Source of the DNA: Candidatus Woesearchaeota archaeon
GTDB taxonomy: Archaea; Nanobdellota; Nanobdellia; Woesearchaeales; SKGA01
Direction: 5' to 3'
Length of the DNA: 64,000 nt
NCBI GenBank assembly: GCA_021734105.1
Contig: JAIPJP010000002.1
Span: forward strand, 582 to 64,581
In this document: piece by piece, positions 1-8,850 of the stretch
How positions within the stretch are numbered: position 1 is the first letter of the stretch
How the letters are laid out: each line of letters begins with the position of its first letter
Notes under the pieces: model-generated
Database searches by the model: none
What the model saw: only the letters and a program-made list of their open reading frames with translations
Told to the model about the DNA's origin: nothing
Translations under genes and position numbers: made by a program

Positions 1-2
1 GT

Positions 3-944
3 TTGGCTCCAGTTGCAAAAGAACTTTCCAAACTACTTAAGAGAACAATTGAACTACACCCTATTATTGACGCGCCAACCAACCCCAAACAAAAAATAGT
101 TCTTCTTGAAAATTTACGATTCTATGACGGAGAAAAAAAAGGCGATATCAAATTTGCAAAACAACTTGCAAAACACGCTGATGTCTATATTGATGATGCA
201 TTTGGCACCATGCACCGAAAAGATGCGTCTGTTTATGCACTACCTAAACTCTTGCCACATGCAGCAGGATTACTTGTAGAACAAGAAATAAAAAATGTTC
301 ATCTCAATCATAAAAAACCACTCGTAGCCATTTTTGGCGCAGCAAAAATAAGTGATAAATTACCACTTTTTAAAAAACTCCTTGCAAAAGTAGACAAACT
401 CATTTTAGGTGGTGGTGTGGTCTTTACGTTTATGCGTGCAGCTGATATTGCTGTTGGACATTCACTCGTCGAAGAAGACATGATTCCTGAAGCAAAAAAA
501 TTGTTAAAAAAATATGGTGCAAAAATTATTTTTCCAACAGACTTTGCAGTTGCTACACCAGCTCATTTTAAAGGGAAAACGAAGATTGACAAAAAACAGA
601 TTACTATTGTTGACTTTGCAGAAATTCCAAAAACGAAAGCAGCATACGATGTTGGTTCTAAATCAGTGAAACTTTTTTCAGCAGTTTTAGGTTCGGCAAA
701 AACCGTTGTATGGAATGGACCGCTTGGTGTCTTTGAAGTCAAACCATTTGATAAAGGAACAAATACTATTATTAAATTCTTAGCAGAACATAATATGACG
801 ACCATTATTGGGGGAGGCGATACTGCAAGTGCAGTGCATAAAACAAACTATGCAGAAAAAATGACGCACATCTCCACAGGTGGCGGTGCTAGTTTAGAAC
901 TTTTAGCGGGAAATAAACTTCCCGCAATTGAGGTGCTTAAGTAA
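3..944 (+). CDS. pgk: Phosphoglycerate kinase, C-terminal ~310 aa (gene continues upstream of the window)
   Basis: ORF runs from the window edge. PGK-like motifs: hinge/C-domain GGGVVFTF, nucleotide-binding region and C-terminal GGGDTASAV...ISTGGGASLELL. A PGK is about 400 aa, so the N-terminal ~90 aa are missing. Confidence 0.88.
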   Translation: MAPVAKELSKLLKRTIELHPIIDAPTNPKQKIVLLENLRFYDGEKKGDIKFAKQLAKHADVYIDDAFGTMHRKDASVYALPKLLPHAAGLLVEQEIKNVHLNHKKPLVAIFGAAKISDKLPLFKKLLAKVDKLILGGGVVFTFMRAADIAVGHSLVEEDMIPEAKKLLKKYGAKIIFPTDFAVATPAHFKGKTKIDKKQITIVDFAEIPKTKAAYDVGSKSVKLFSAVLGSAKTVVWNGPLGVFEVKPFDKGTNTIIKFLAEHNMTTIIGGGDTASAVHKTNYAEKMTHISTGGGASLELLAGNKLPAIEVLK

Positions 945-945
945 A

Positions 946-1389
946 TTATTTATTCTTGAGTAATTGCCCCGCATGAACAATATTTTTATAGAACTCAGGC
1001 GTCTTTTTTGCCATACCTAGTACTTCGCCTTCTTCATTTTGCACAATAACTTGTTTTGCGTCCATATCACCAGATAAAACATTATTTGGAAACGCGTCTC
1101 GACCACATACAAAGAGCCATGCAGCTTTCTCATTAAGCACGATTTTCTGGCTCGTATGAGGTGTAATTAAACGTAAGAGATTTATTGAAGGAGTAAAATG
1201 ATGTTTGTTTCTCGTTCCCAAAAATAAGCCTGTTGCAACAGGCTCTTCTGGTGTCTTCTCCAAAAGCGGTTGGGCACTAGAATGAGGCATATATACGGCC
1301 TTATGAATACTTATTGCGCCATTTAACGGGATTTCTAATTGAGTAAATTTATGTATAAATGTATTCATATCTTGAATTGCTGAGTCCAT
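946..1389 (-). CDS. Hypothetical protein (147 aa), no family recognised
   Basis: Long ORF with no better competing frame. Convergent with pgk. No motif I can name with confidence. Confidence 0.45.
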   Translation of the reverse strand: MDSAIQDMNTFIHKFTQLEIPLNGAISIHKAVYMPHSSAQPLLEKTPEEPVATGLFLGTRNKHHFTPSINLLRLITPHTSQKIVLNEKAAWLFVCGRDAFPNNVLSGDMDAKQVIVQNEEGEVLGMAKKTPEFYKNIVHAGQLLKNK

Positions 1390-1410
1390 ACTTAAGGGTA
1401 AGAAACAAGT

Positions 1411-1421
1411 TTTTTTATATA
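1411..1421 (+). promoter_or_regulatory. Putative archaeal TATA box (TTTTATATA) about 28 nt upstream of the Rpp21 start, implying a leaderless transcript
   Basis: TTTTTATATACTTG lies 25–30 nt before the ATG at 1445, with no Shine-Dalgarno in between. Confidence 0.4.
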
Positions 1422-1444
1422 CTTGTGTTTTTTAACAATTCTTA

Positions 1445-1756
1445 ATGGCAAAACCAAAAGGTCCTGCAAAACGAGCACAATATCATATTGACGAATTATC
1501 TGTTATTTATCAGCAAGAACGCCAAACGGCAGGGCTACGATCTGAACGTTATCTTTATCTTATTAGACGGTTAGGTATGAAATTTAGACTATCTCTTCCT
1601 CGAGACGTTAAACACTCTTATTGCAAACACTGTAAAACTCCTTTTTTACCTGGAAAAAATTGTCGTATGAGAACTCGTGGCGGGATTCTTGTGTTTTATT
1701 GCTTTACTTGTAAGAATTATACGAGATTACCTTTAAATAAAGAGCATACGAAGTAA
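1445..1756 (+). CDS. rnp4: RNase P protein component Rpp21/Rpr2 (zinc-ribbon subunit)
   Basis: 103-aa basic protein. N-terminal helical region (RYLYLIRRLGMKFRLSLPRDVK) is followed by CKHCKTPFLPGKNCRMRTRGGILVFYCFTCKNY, the 4-Cys zinc ribbon typical of Rpr2/Rpp21. Confidence 0.7.
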   Translation: MAKPKGPAKRAQYHIDELSVIYQQERQTAGLRSERYLYLIRRLGMKFRLSLPRDVKHSYCKHCKTPFLPGKNCRMRTRGGILVFYCFTCKNYTRLPLNKEHTK

Positions 1757-1759
1757 TAG

Positions 1760-1978
1760 TTATATCTTTTTTTTCTTTTTTTTACTTCTACGATGGGTTA
1801 ATGCGTAATCTGTATGATGAATAAAGAAGAAATATAGTCCTGTGAGGACTAAAAGTAAACCGAATAAGAATATAATAAAATCAATAAGTTGAGGGATGAT
1901 AACTACCAGGCCAAAAAGAATTAGGGTCGCACCTAGCACTCTAAAAGTCAGCTCTTGATAACGTTCTTTATCTTTCAT
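1760..1978 (-). CDS. Small membrane protein (72 aa, 2 TM helices, poly-Lys tail)
   Basis: Two hydrophobic helices (LGATLILFGLVVIIPQLIDFIIFLFGLLLVLTGLYFFFI) followed by RRSKKKKKKI. Confidence 0.4.
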   Translation of the reverse strand: MKDKERYQELTFRVLGATLILFGLVVIIPQLIDFIIFLFGLLLVLTGLYFFFIHHTDYALTHRRSKKKKKKI

Positions 1979-2156
1979 AGTTCATTTGCTACAAGGGGTT
2001 TGCAGCCCCGTGAACTCATCCAACATCATTATATTGCCTGAAATGGCCATTTTCAGTGGTTTTAAGGCACGGGGCAAATTGTTTATTATTCGCTCGCTTT
2101 TTAAATGTTTTGAAATTAACTATTAGTTGTTACTATAAAGGAATAACAAAAAGGAA

Positions 2157-2169
2157 ATATTTATAAATG
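2157..2169 (+). promoter_or_regulatory. BRE/TATA-like promoter motif TTTATAAATGA about 30 nt upstream of the small ORF at 2193
   Basis: Same 11-mer recurs at ~17567, ~25588 and ~27669. Confidence 0.4.
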
Positions 2170-2192
2170 AGCTCTTCATAAAAAGTGCTACA

Positions 2193-2333
2193 ATGGAAAA
2201 AATTGTTATAGATTTAGGAAAAGGCGTAGTATTAGTTGCGCCTGTAAAACGCAAGATGACCGTTGATGAATGGAAACGGATGAGCTCTTATGTTAGTAGC
2301 TTAATTAAAGATTCTTTACTACGAGTAAAATAA
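2193..2333 (+). CDS. Small protein, 46 aa (MEKIVIDLGKGVVLVAPVKRKMTVDEWKRMSSYVSSLIKDSLLRVK). Not in the supplied ORF track because it is below the length cut-off.
   Basis: ATG sits 30 nt downstream of the TTTATAAATGA promoter motif (leaderless geometry). Clean ORF ending in TAA just before the 2346 gene. The beta-strand-rich N-terminus loosely resembles AbrB/MazE-type swapped-hairpin proteins, but this is uncertain. Confidence 0.35.
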   Translation: MEKIVIDLGKGVVLVAPVKRKMTVDEWKRMSSYVSSLIKDSLLRVK

Positions 2334-2345
2334 AGAGGGCTAGTT

Positions 2346-2645
2346 ATGGAATATGATGAAGAACACGAAGATTATGATCCGGATCTGTTTGATGAATTTG
2401 GAGAAGGTTTTGAAGATGACTTTGACGTTGTTGGGGAAAAAGTTTACGAAAAAGCATTCGAAGAAGCAAGCATGGATGCAAGCGCAACAGAATCTGTTGC
2501 GATAGATGAATCTGTTAATGAAGATGATTATGAGTTTGACTCTGTTGTTGGCGGTCGAGATAAAAAGCCAGTTATGAGTTTACTCAACAAAGGAAAATTA
2601 TCTAAATACGAAATGGATGATCTTTTAAACACTATTGATGAATAG
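2346..2645 (+). CDS. Highly acidic hypothetical protein (99 aa, about 40% Asp+Glu)
   Basis: MEYDEEHEDYDPDLFDEFGEGFEDDFD... First gene of a tightly packed four-gene, same-strand cluster ending in bud32. Confidence 0.5.
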   Translation: MEYDEEHEDYDPDLFDEFGEGFEDDFDVVGEKVYEKAFEEASMDASATESVAIDESVNEDDYEFDSVVGGRDKKPVMSLLNKGKLSKYEMDDLLNTIDE

Positions 2646-3152
2646 GTGAAATCTTTGCTACCTCCTATTGATTTTATTCAATTATTAAATGAGCTATCTC
2701 CTTTGCAGATTCAACAACGTTTTACTTTAGAAAAAAATTTGTTAACTCCTCCGTCATGCTTTACTTATATTACTCTTTTTGAAACCGAACTTCCTAGACC
2801 ATTGGGCGTTATGGAACTTTTTTATTTTAGTTTTCAAAAAAATATTTGTTGGCAAGATGTATTACCTTTAGATAATGCTCGTTTTCTTACTTACGATACT
2901 TCTCGATTGTATACTTCTAATCACGAACCAAAAAGTTTTGGCTTAGGAACATTGGCTCATGTTAAAACTCTTTTGAAAGCTGTACAAGAAGACTCTTCAG
3001 TTTTAGAAACAACCATAGAAAGTTCAAAACAAGTTTCTTTAGAACGCATTGGTCATTTAGCAGCAATGGGTTTAACAACGCAACCGACACCCTTTAGAAA
3101 TTATTTAGAAAAATCAATTAATTACGCAAACAGCAAAGGGTTTTTATTCTAA
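2646..3152 (+). CDS. Hypothetical protein, paralog A of a tandem pair (168 aa, GTG start)
   Basis: Same length as, and alignable with, the next ORF. Shared blocks: FGLGTLAHVKTLL vs YKLGTLAHVLSLYGIL, and IGHLAAMGL...YANSKGFLF vs IAHLAAMGI...YVNSKGFIF. Confidence 0.55.
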   Translation: MKSLLPPIDFIQLLNELSPLQIQQRFTLEKNLLTPPSCFTYITLFETELPRPLGVMELFYFSFQKNICWQDVLPLDNARFLTYDTSRLYTSNHEPKSFGLGTLAHVKTLLKAVQEDSSVLETTIESSKQVSLERIGHLAAMGLTTQPTPFRNYLEKSINYANSKGFLF

Positions 3153-3153
3153 A

Positions 3154-3660
3154 ATGACACAAACCAAAACGACACCATTTCTAGAAGACGTCATTTTAAA
3201 AATTTCTCCTCAGCTTTTATCTCAAAAAATTACTTTGAATTATAATTATTTTGTTGATCCTATTTCGTATGAATTTTTTTTTGATGATGTCATTAAATTA
3301 GGAAACGTTTTTTTTAATTTTGATGTGGTAGAAAATCATCTTTTTTGGTTGCAATTCTATCCTCTCAGTACAGCAGAAGCTAAATCTCTTCATAAAGGAA
3401 ATCTTTATAATCCTCACAAGAAAAGTTATAAGTTGGGAACGCTTGCTCACGTTCTTTCATTATATGGAATACTTCAGGATATACCTGAATTATTTCAAGG
3501 TTCTATTTCTCATCCTGGCATTCCCTCAAGTGGACGAATAGCACATCTTGCGGCGATGGGTATAGATTATGAAAAAATATATTCTTTTAAAGATTATTTT
3601 AGCAAGTCACTTGAGTATGTAAACAGCAAAGGATTTATTTTTCCAGAGAAACCTTTTTAA
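3154..3660 (+). CDS. Hypothetical protein, paralog B of the tandem pair (168 aa). Its stop overlaps the bud32 start (TAATG).
   Basis: See paralog A. One-nucleotide stop/start overlap with the downstream kinase gene. Confidence 0.55.
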   Translation: MTQTKTTPFLEDVILKISPQLLSQKITLNYNYFVDPISYEFFFDDVIKLGNVFFNFDVVENHLFWLQFYPLSTAEAKSLHKGNLYNPHKKSYKLGTLAHVLSLYGILQDIPELFQGSISHPGIPSSGRIAHLAAMGIDYEKIYSFKDYFSKSLEYVNSKGFIFPEKPF

Positions 3661-4298
3661 TGTTGACTTTTTTCTTTTCTTTTATGGCTATTATTTCACA
3701 AGGTGCAGAAGCAACACTTACACTAGTTGATGATAAGGTGTATAAAGAGCGAACACCAAAATCATATCGATTATCTCAAGTTGATGACGCGCTTCGACTT
3801 TCTCGAACCAATAGGGAACGCAAAGTTTTGATTAAAGCAAAAGAATTAGGCTTGCGCGTTCCAGAAGTATTTCCTAGTGATAAAAAATTCACTTTGGTTT
3901 TAGAATATATTAAAGGTGGTCGACTTAAAGATTGGCTTAATGGTGATGGAAAAGAAAATCTCTCTTGTGCAGAAATTTACTTAAAACAAGTAGGAATTTG
4001 GTTAGCGACGCTTCATAATAATGATATTTTACATGGAGATTTAACTACTTCAAATGTTCTTCTTTCAAAACAAGGTGAGTTAGTATTAATTGATTTCGGA
4101 CTTTCTTTTTTTTCAAAAAAAATAGAAGATAAAGCCGTTGATTTACATTTATTTGAGCAAGGACTACGCAGCACCCATTACAAACATGCAGAAACATTTT
4201 TTCACTTTTTTTTAACAGGATATGGGGCAAGTACAACCTATACTGCGGTGTTTGATAGATTAGAAATAGTACGTGCTCGTGGAAAAAATAAACATTAA
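3660..4298 (+). CDS. bud32: Bud32/PRPK-type atypical serine/threonine protein kinase (KEOPS subunit). The true start is probably the internal Met at ~3687.
   Basis: Short RIO-like kinase with glycine loop SQGAEATL, catalytic HGDLTTSNVLL, and LIDFGLS (DFG-like). About 200 aa, as expected for archaeal Bud32. Confidence 0.75.
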   Translation: MLTFFFSFMAIISQGAEATLTLVDDKVYKERTPKSYRLSQVDDALRLSRTNRERKVLIKAKELGLRVPEVFPSDKKFTLVLEYIKGGRLKDWLNGDGKENLSCAEIYLKQVGIWLATLHNNDILHGDLTTSNVLLSKQGELVLIDFGLSFFSKKIEDKAVDLHLFEQGLRSTHYKHAETFFHFFLTGYGASTTYTAVFDRLEIVRARGKNKH

Positions 4299-4388
4299 TT
4301 TTTTTTGGGTGATTATTGCGTGTGCGAACATTTTTTTTACTTGTTTTAATCAGTAGTTTTTTATACTCCTTAAAACTTCTTCTTTTCT

Positions 4389-6155
4389 ATGAACAGGGGG
4401 ATTTTTGTTGTCATAGTCTTACTTTTTATTCCTTTAGTAAGTGCTGCAAATACGGATGACGTTTTATCTATTACACTTCTTTCTGTAAGTGAACAAGACA
4501 ATGGTACATTTATTGGCGGTACTGCAGAACTTTATTTACAACTACGACCTGGACATGGTGCTATATTTATTGAAAGTTATCCTTTATCAAAACTAGATAC
4601 GCAAGTAGCAACGCGACTTGCAAATGAAATTGCTTGCGAGTTTACTACACAAGATTGCAATGCTTATGATTTTTTTTACACATTACAAGCTGATGCTCCG
4701 CTTATTGGGGGTCCTAGTGCAGGTGGTGCAACAGCATTACTTACTCTTGCGGCTTTAGAAGATCTTGCACTTAAAGATACTGTTGCAATGACTGGCGCAA
4801 TAAGCTCGGGAGGAATAATTACTCCTGTTGGGCGTGTGAAAGAAAAGATACTTGCTGCTTCACTATCTGGACATGAATTAGTCATTGTTCCAAACTTAAG
4901 TTTTTCAAGAAATACAACTCCTTCCACGACTTATTGGTTAAATGATTCTGAAATTAATAATTCAACGGATGATTCAGTATCATTAAATTTTAAAGAATTT
5001 GTTGATTTACCTATTGTGGTAGAACCTGTTATTACTTTACCTGAAGCATTAGCAATTGCAACAACTGATGCAGTCGATATTTCTTCATCTCCCTTTTTTG
5101 TTGATAAACAATATGCTCATCAAATGAAACTTACATCGAGCATTCTTTGTAATCGTTCATCAGAAATACAATCACAGCTAAAAAATGAAACAGTGAACAC
5201 TTCGCTTTATTTTCTTGTTGAAGACTTTTTGAATAAGTCACAAACTGCATTACGCCAAGAAGATTATTATGCTAGAGCATCATTTTGTTATTCAGCAAAT
5301 ATTAACCTTCGAGAATTACTCGTTACGAATTTATCCCAAGATGTTAAACAAGAAAACTTACGGCGACTACAAACTTCAATTATTTTTTTAGAAGAACAAA
5401 TTGATACCCGCGAACTCAAAGTTTTTTCGGATTTAGAAACATATTTTATAGTGAAAGAACGATTACTTGAAGCTCAATTTTATATTGATGAAATTAATAC
5501 TACAAATATTTCATCACGATTACTTGCACTAGGCATAGAGCGATATTATAGTGGTGTTGCATGGAGTTCTTTTTTTAATTTGCCTGGAGAGCCACTTGTT
5601 ATTAACGAAGACGAATTATTGCTTGCAGCACTCCAAGAATTTTCTCAAGTGGAAAGTAGAATTAATTATTTGAAACTGTATCTTCCTGATTATTTTTTAC
5701 AAAGCACTGAAGAACAACTTACGCAAGCAAAAAAATATTTTAGGCAAGAAGAATATGGGTTAGCACTCTTTAAAGCAACAAAAACGCGTGCAGAACTAGA
5801 TGCATATTTAGCAACTTTTGCTTTAACAAAAGAAAATATGAAACCGTTACTTACTGCAAAACTTGCTCGCGCACAAGATGTTATTGCCTCACAGCAAGAA
5901 TTTCCTCTTTTAGGATATAGTTATTTTGAATATGGTACTGCCTTGGCAGACTCAGAACCATCCACTGCTTTGCTTTATAGTGAATATGCTTTAGCATTTA
6001 GCGACTTAGATGATTATTTTTCCTCACCTCAGACTCAACTAATACCTATTTCTTTTGAAACAGTTAATTTTTATGTGTTTTTTACAGGTTTAGGTCTTGG
6101 TCTTCTTATTCTTGTGTTAAGGGAAAACTTTATTAAGCGTCGCACAAAGAAATGA
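4389..6155 (+). CDS. Secreted/membrane-anchored Lon-like (S16) peptidase-domain protein without an AAA module
   Basis: N-terminal signal peptide. S16 catalytic signature PLIGGPSAGGATALLTLAAL (Ser) and GRVKEKILAA (Lys). Long helical C-terminal region, then a terminal TM helix plus basic tail (FFTGLGLGLLILVLRENFIKRRTKK). Many N-x-S/T sequons. Confidence 0.6.
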   Translation: MNRGIFVVIVLLFIPLVSAANTDDVLSITLLSVSEQDNGTFIGGTAELYLQLRPGHGAIFIESYPLSKLDTQVATRLANEIACEFTTQDCNAYDFFYTLQADAPLIGGPSAGGATALLTLAALEDLALKDTVAMTGAISSGGIITPVGRVKEKILAASLSGHELVIVPNLSFSRNTTPSTTYWLNDSEINNSTDDSVSLNFKEFVDLPIVVEPVITLPEALAIATTDAVDISSSPFFVDKQYAHQMKLTSSILCNRSSEIQSQLKNETVNTSLYFLVEDFLNKSQTALRQEDYYARASFCYSANINLRELLVTNLSQDVKQENLRRLQTSIIFLEEQIDTRELKVFSDLETYFIVKERLLEAQFYIDEINTTNISSRLLALGIERYYSGVAWSSFFNLPGEPLVINEDELLLAALQEFSQVESRINYLKLYLPDYFLQSTEEQLTQAKKYFRQEEYGLALFKATKTRAELDAYLATFALTKENMKPLLTAKLARAQDVIASQQEFPLLGYSYFEYGTALADSEPSTALLYSEYALAFSDLDDYFSSPQTQLIPISFETVNFYVFFTGLGLGLLILVLRENFIKRRTKK

Positions 6156-6158
6156 GTT

Positions 6159-6881
6159 ATGAAAAGAGGTGTTGTGCTAGCTTTAGTAGTTGTACTATTA
6201 CTTTTTACTAATACTGTTCTTGGTGTAGATCCCGCTCCTGAAACTCCAGGAGAAATTACAACGCCTCCCGTTCCAGATGCTAATGATACAGATACAACAA
6301 TCACGCCAAGTTCTTCATCTAGTTCAAGGAATAATAATAATGTTGAGTATAATGATTCAACAATATATCCTGATGATAATTTTACTTTAATATCTTCTGC
6401 TTTAGGCACATCAGGAGAGTATACGGCTGCAACTACTGATGTTGTTACTGATACAAATGCACTAAGCGATTCAATTGTTTCTGGAGATAATGATGTTGAC
6501 GCAACAGATAATGCATATGATACTGATTCTAGCGAAACAAACTCGCAAATGACTTCTTTTTCAGGTCTTACTCTCATACTTATTGTTATCGTTGTTGTTT
6601 TAGTACTTGGCTTTGCAGGATTTTTAATCTATTTTTTTCATTCTAAAAAATCAATACAAGCTACGAATCAAGCACAAGCAACAAATCCTACACAATCTAT
6701 GAATCAGACGCAAGCAGAAGGTTTAGGGCAAGTTGAAGTATCGTTTGAACTTACACAATACGTGCTTTCTTGTCAAGCAGCTAACATTCCCAAAGAACAA
6801 TTATTTCAAATATTACTAGAAAATGGTTATGATGCAGAAACAGCAAATGCAGCCTTACAACAATATGTGGTGCATTCCTAA
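6159..6881 (+). CDS. Membrane protein: signal peptide, Thr/Ser/Asp/Asn-rich low-complexity ectodomain, one TM helix, and a short C-terminal helical domain of UBA-like character
   Basis: MKRGVVLALVVVLLLF... Low-complexity TPPVPDANDTDTTITPSSSSSS... TM helix LTLILIVIVVVLVLGFAGFLIYFF. C-terminus EQLFQILLENGYDAETANAALQQY. Confidence 0.5.
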   Translation: MKRGVVLALVVVLLLFTNTVLGVDPAPETPGEITTPPVPDANDTDTTITPSSSSSSRNNNNVEYNDSTIYPDDNFTLISSALGTSGEYTAATTDVVTDTNALSDSIVSGDNDVDATDNAYDTDSSETNSQMTSFSGLTLILIVIVVVLVLGFAGFLIYFFHSKKSIQATNQAQATNPTQSMNQTQAEGLGQVEVSFELTQYVLSCQAANIPKEQLFQILLENGYDAETANAALQQYVVHS

Positions 6882-6985
6882 ATATTTACTTTTAAAGAGT
6901 AAATTTTATATAGTATTTAGCTGATAACTCCTGTTGTAGTTACTTATTGGTATACTTACTATACATATTATTGAGGTTGAATATA

Positions 6986-8827
6986 ATGAAAAAACATGTT
7001 CTTTTAGCACTTCTTGTCGTTTCTTTACTGGCGTTTTCAGCGTGTACAACAGAAAACCCTTACGGTTCTTTGCCTGACGCTCCAGAGGGCTTTGATGAGT
7101 CAAATGGAAATCTTGCAGGTCAAGCAATAGAAGGTTTCTCTGCTGTTGAAATAGGTGTTGTGCCTGTTATTAATTGGGATGTAGACCCGTCTGATATTGA
7201 ATTTTCCTCTTTAGATGATGTCCTAACTATGACTTTACATTTGGTTCCTGACGATGAAGTAGTTTATAAAAAAGGGTATGTTGCGTTACAAGATGGCTCT
7301 TGGGAGTCATTTACTTTTTCAGGTGATTTAATTGGACCTTGGGCGTTACGAAACGTTCAAAAAGAATTTTCCTTTTCACCTAGTGATTTTGGCCTTACAT
7401 CGGATAACCTTTCTGAACTAGATAATTATATTCTTCTTTACTCTTGTAAAGCAATCTATAACGAGAATCAAACAGTGATTGAATGGGATTGTAATGAAGA
7501 TAAATGGCAAGTACTTAAGTTTGATGCGCAATTAGTTATAGAACCCGTTTGCACTAATGAGCTTGATTGTGTTCATGATGGTCAATGTATACCTAATGAA
7601 TATTACAATGAAACAACTGCCTATGGTTGCTTAAACGGAGTTTGGACTCATTTCCCTGATGGTCCTGAAGATAATGGCACAACTGAAGAACCAATTAGTT
7701 GTATTGATTCTGATGGTGGCATTAATCCAGACGTGAAAGGAGAGATTTCAGGGGATGTGCCTCCTAATTTAGGTATATTTGTTGACAGGTGTTTGGATGC
7801 AGGTGATAATTCTATGGGTTATAACCTTCGAGAAACATATTGTGATGTTAATGATAAGAATGCTGACGGTTATGCAGGTACTGCAGAACTTATTGCTTGT
7901 CCTCATGGCTGTGAAGATGGTGCTTGTTTGCCTGAATCAACCTCTGATGAGCTTATTGTTTGTTATCCTGATGTTGATAGTGATGGCGAAGGATACATTT
8001 ATACAGTCGGTGATAATCAAGATGGTTATGATTGGGAAACTTCTCTTCTTGAATCGCAGATAACATCGTATCCTGAAAATCCATCAGCTCTGCCGGTTAA
8101 TGTAACGCTTGATATATCATCATCTTGTGATGATTTAAGGCTTGTTGTTTCTTATGTGAACTCATCATCTGATTTGGCTAATGGTACGCCGTCCTCTACA
8201 ACTGAAGCTTGTTCTGGAGACTTAACTTCTGATCCGAGTCATGATTTATCCTTGGATATGTTTTGTTCTTTCTTTTCTCTTGATAATTGTTCACTTTCAG
8301 GACTATGTACTGAAGTTAATGGTGCTTGCGCCCCAAAAGAAATTACTTCCTGTGGCGAAATTAGAGATTCAATCCTTTGTGGAGCTTCAGCGTCCGGTTG
8401 TACCTGGTCAGGAGACGAAAATAAAACATGCGCTAAAACGTGGTTTACTGATTGTAAGGATTGGAGTGATTGTCAGGATGGTCAGCAAAAACGAGACTGT
8501 ATGTTAAACACTTGTTATGGTGCTGAGGCTGCTATTGATTCTCGAGCTTGTAGTGAAACTTACACCTGTAAACCAGACCCTGCAGGGTTTGATTCTCTTC
8601 TAGAAGTTAGCGGTGCGGATGACGATTTCATTACCAACTTTTTGGTTGAATCTAATGCTTGTCTTGTAGCTTCAAATACAACTGATGAAGCATCGCTGTG
8701 TTTTGAAAATTCTGAACATTACGCTACTGGAAGCGTTATATCGCATGCACTTGCATTAATTGATGCTTGTTTTACTCAAACTTCCGAAGGTGATTGTTTG
8801 AATGAGATGTATTGCGTTTGGCAGTAA
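6986..8827 (+). CDS. Cysteine-rich secreted protein, lipoprotein-like (lipobox-like LLAFSAC). Track ORF starts at 6947, but the Met at 6986 has a GAGGT Shine-Dalgarno 10 nt upstream.
   Basis: MKKHVLLALLVVSLLAFSAC signal peptide. About 50 Cys spaced in pairs (CTNELDCVHDGQC, CPHGCEDGAC, ...). Asp/Gly-rich. Confidence 0.55.
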   Translation: MKKHVLLALLVVSLLAFSACTTENPYGSLPDAPEGFDESNGNLAGQAIEGFSAVEIGVVPVINWDVDPSDIEFSSLDDVLTMTLHLVPDDEVVYKKGYVALQDGSWESFTFSGDLIGPWALRNVQKEFSFSPSDFGLTSDNLSELDNYILLYSCKAIYNENQTVIEWDCNEDKWQVLKFDAQLVIEPVCTNELDCVHDGQCIPNEYYNETTAYGCLNGVWTHFPDGPEDNGTTEEPISCIDSDGGINPDVKGEISGDVPPNLGIFVDRCLDAGDNSMGYNLRETYCDVNDKNADGYAGTAELIACPHGCEDGACLPESTSDELIVCYPDVDSDGEGYIYTVGDNQDGYDWETSLLESQITSYPENPSALPVNVTLDISSSCDDLRLVVSYVNSSSDLANGTPSSTTEACSGDLTSDPSHDLSLDMFCSFFSLDNCSLSGLCTEVNGACAPKEITSCGEIRDSILCGASASGCTWSGDENKTCAKTWFTDCKDWSDCQDGQQKRDCMLNTCYGAEAAIDSRACSETYTCKPDPAGFDSLLEVSGADDDFITNFLVESNACLVASNTTDEASLCFENSEHYATGSVISHALALIDACFTQTSEGDCLNEMYCVWQ

Positions 8828-8850
8828 GTACTTAGTGAGTCGTTTCCCAA

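Noticed and set aside
4676-4927. Antisense ORFs inside longer genes: 4676–4927(-), 6071–6577(-), 15251–15637(-), 16019–16324(-), 22997–23356(-), 23552–23908(-), 24858–25241(+), and the numerous 60–190-aa ORFs on either strand inside 27869–50518
   Set aside because: All overlap long, motif-supported genes on the other strand or frame. They have low-complexity or Ser/Ala/Cys-rich translations typical of antisense frames and no independent start or promoter signals.
7779-8507. Same-strand alternative-frame ORFs 7779–8063 and 8241–8507 inside the Cys-rich protein gene
   Set aside because: They are frame-shifted readings of the main ORF with Met/Leu/Val-rich artefactual composition. The main frame is uninterrupted and has a coherent signal peptide and Cys pattern.
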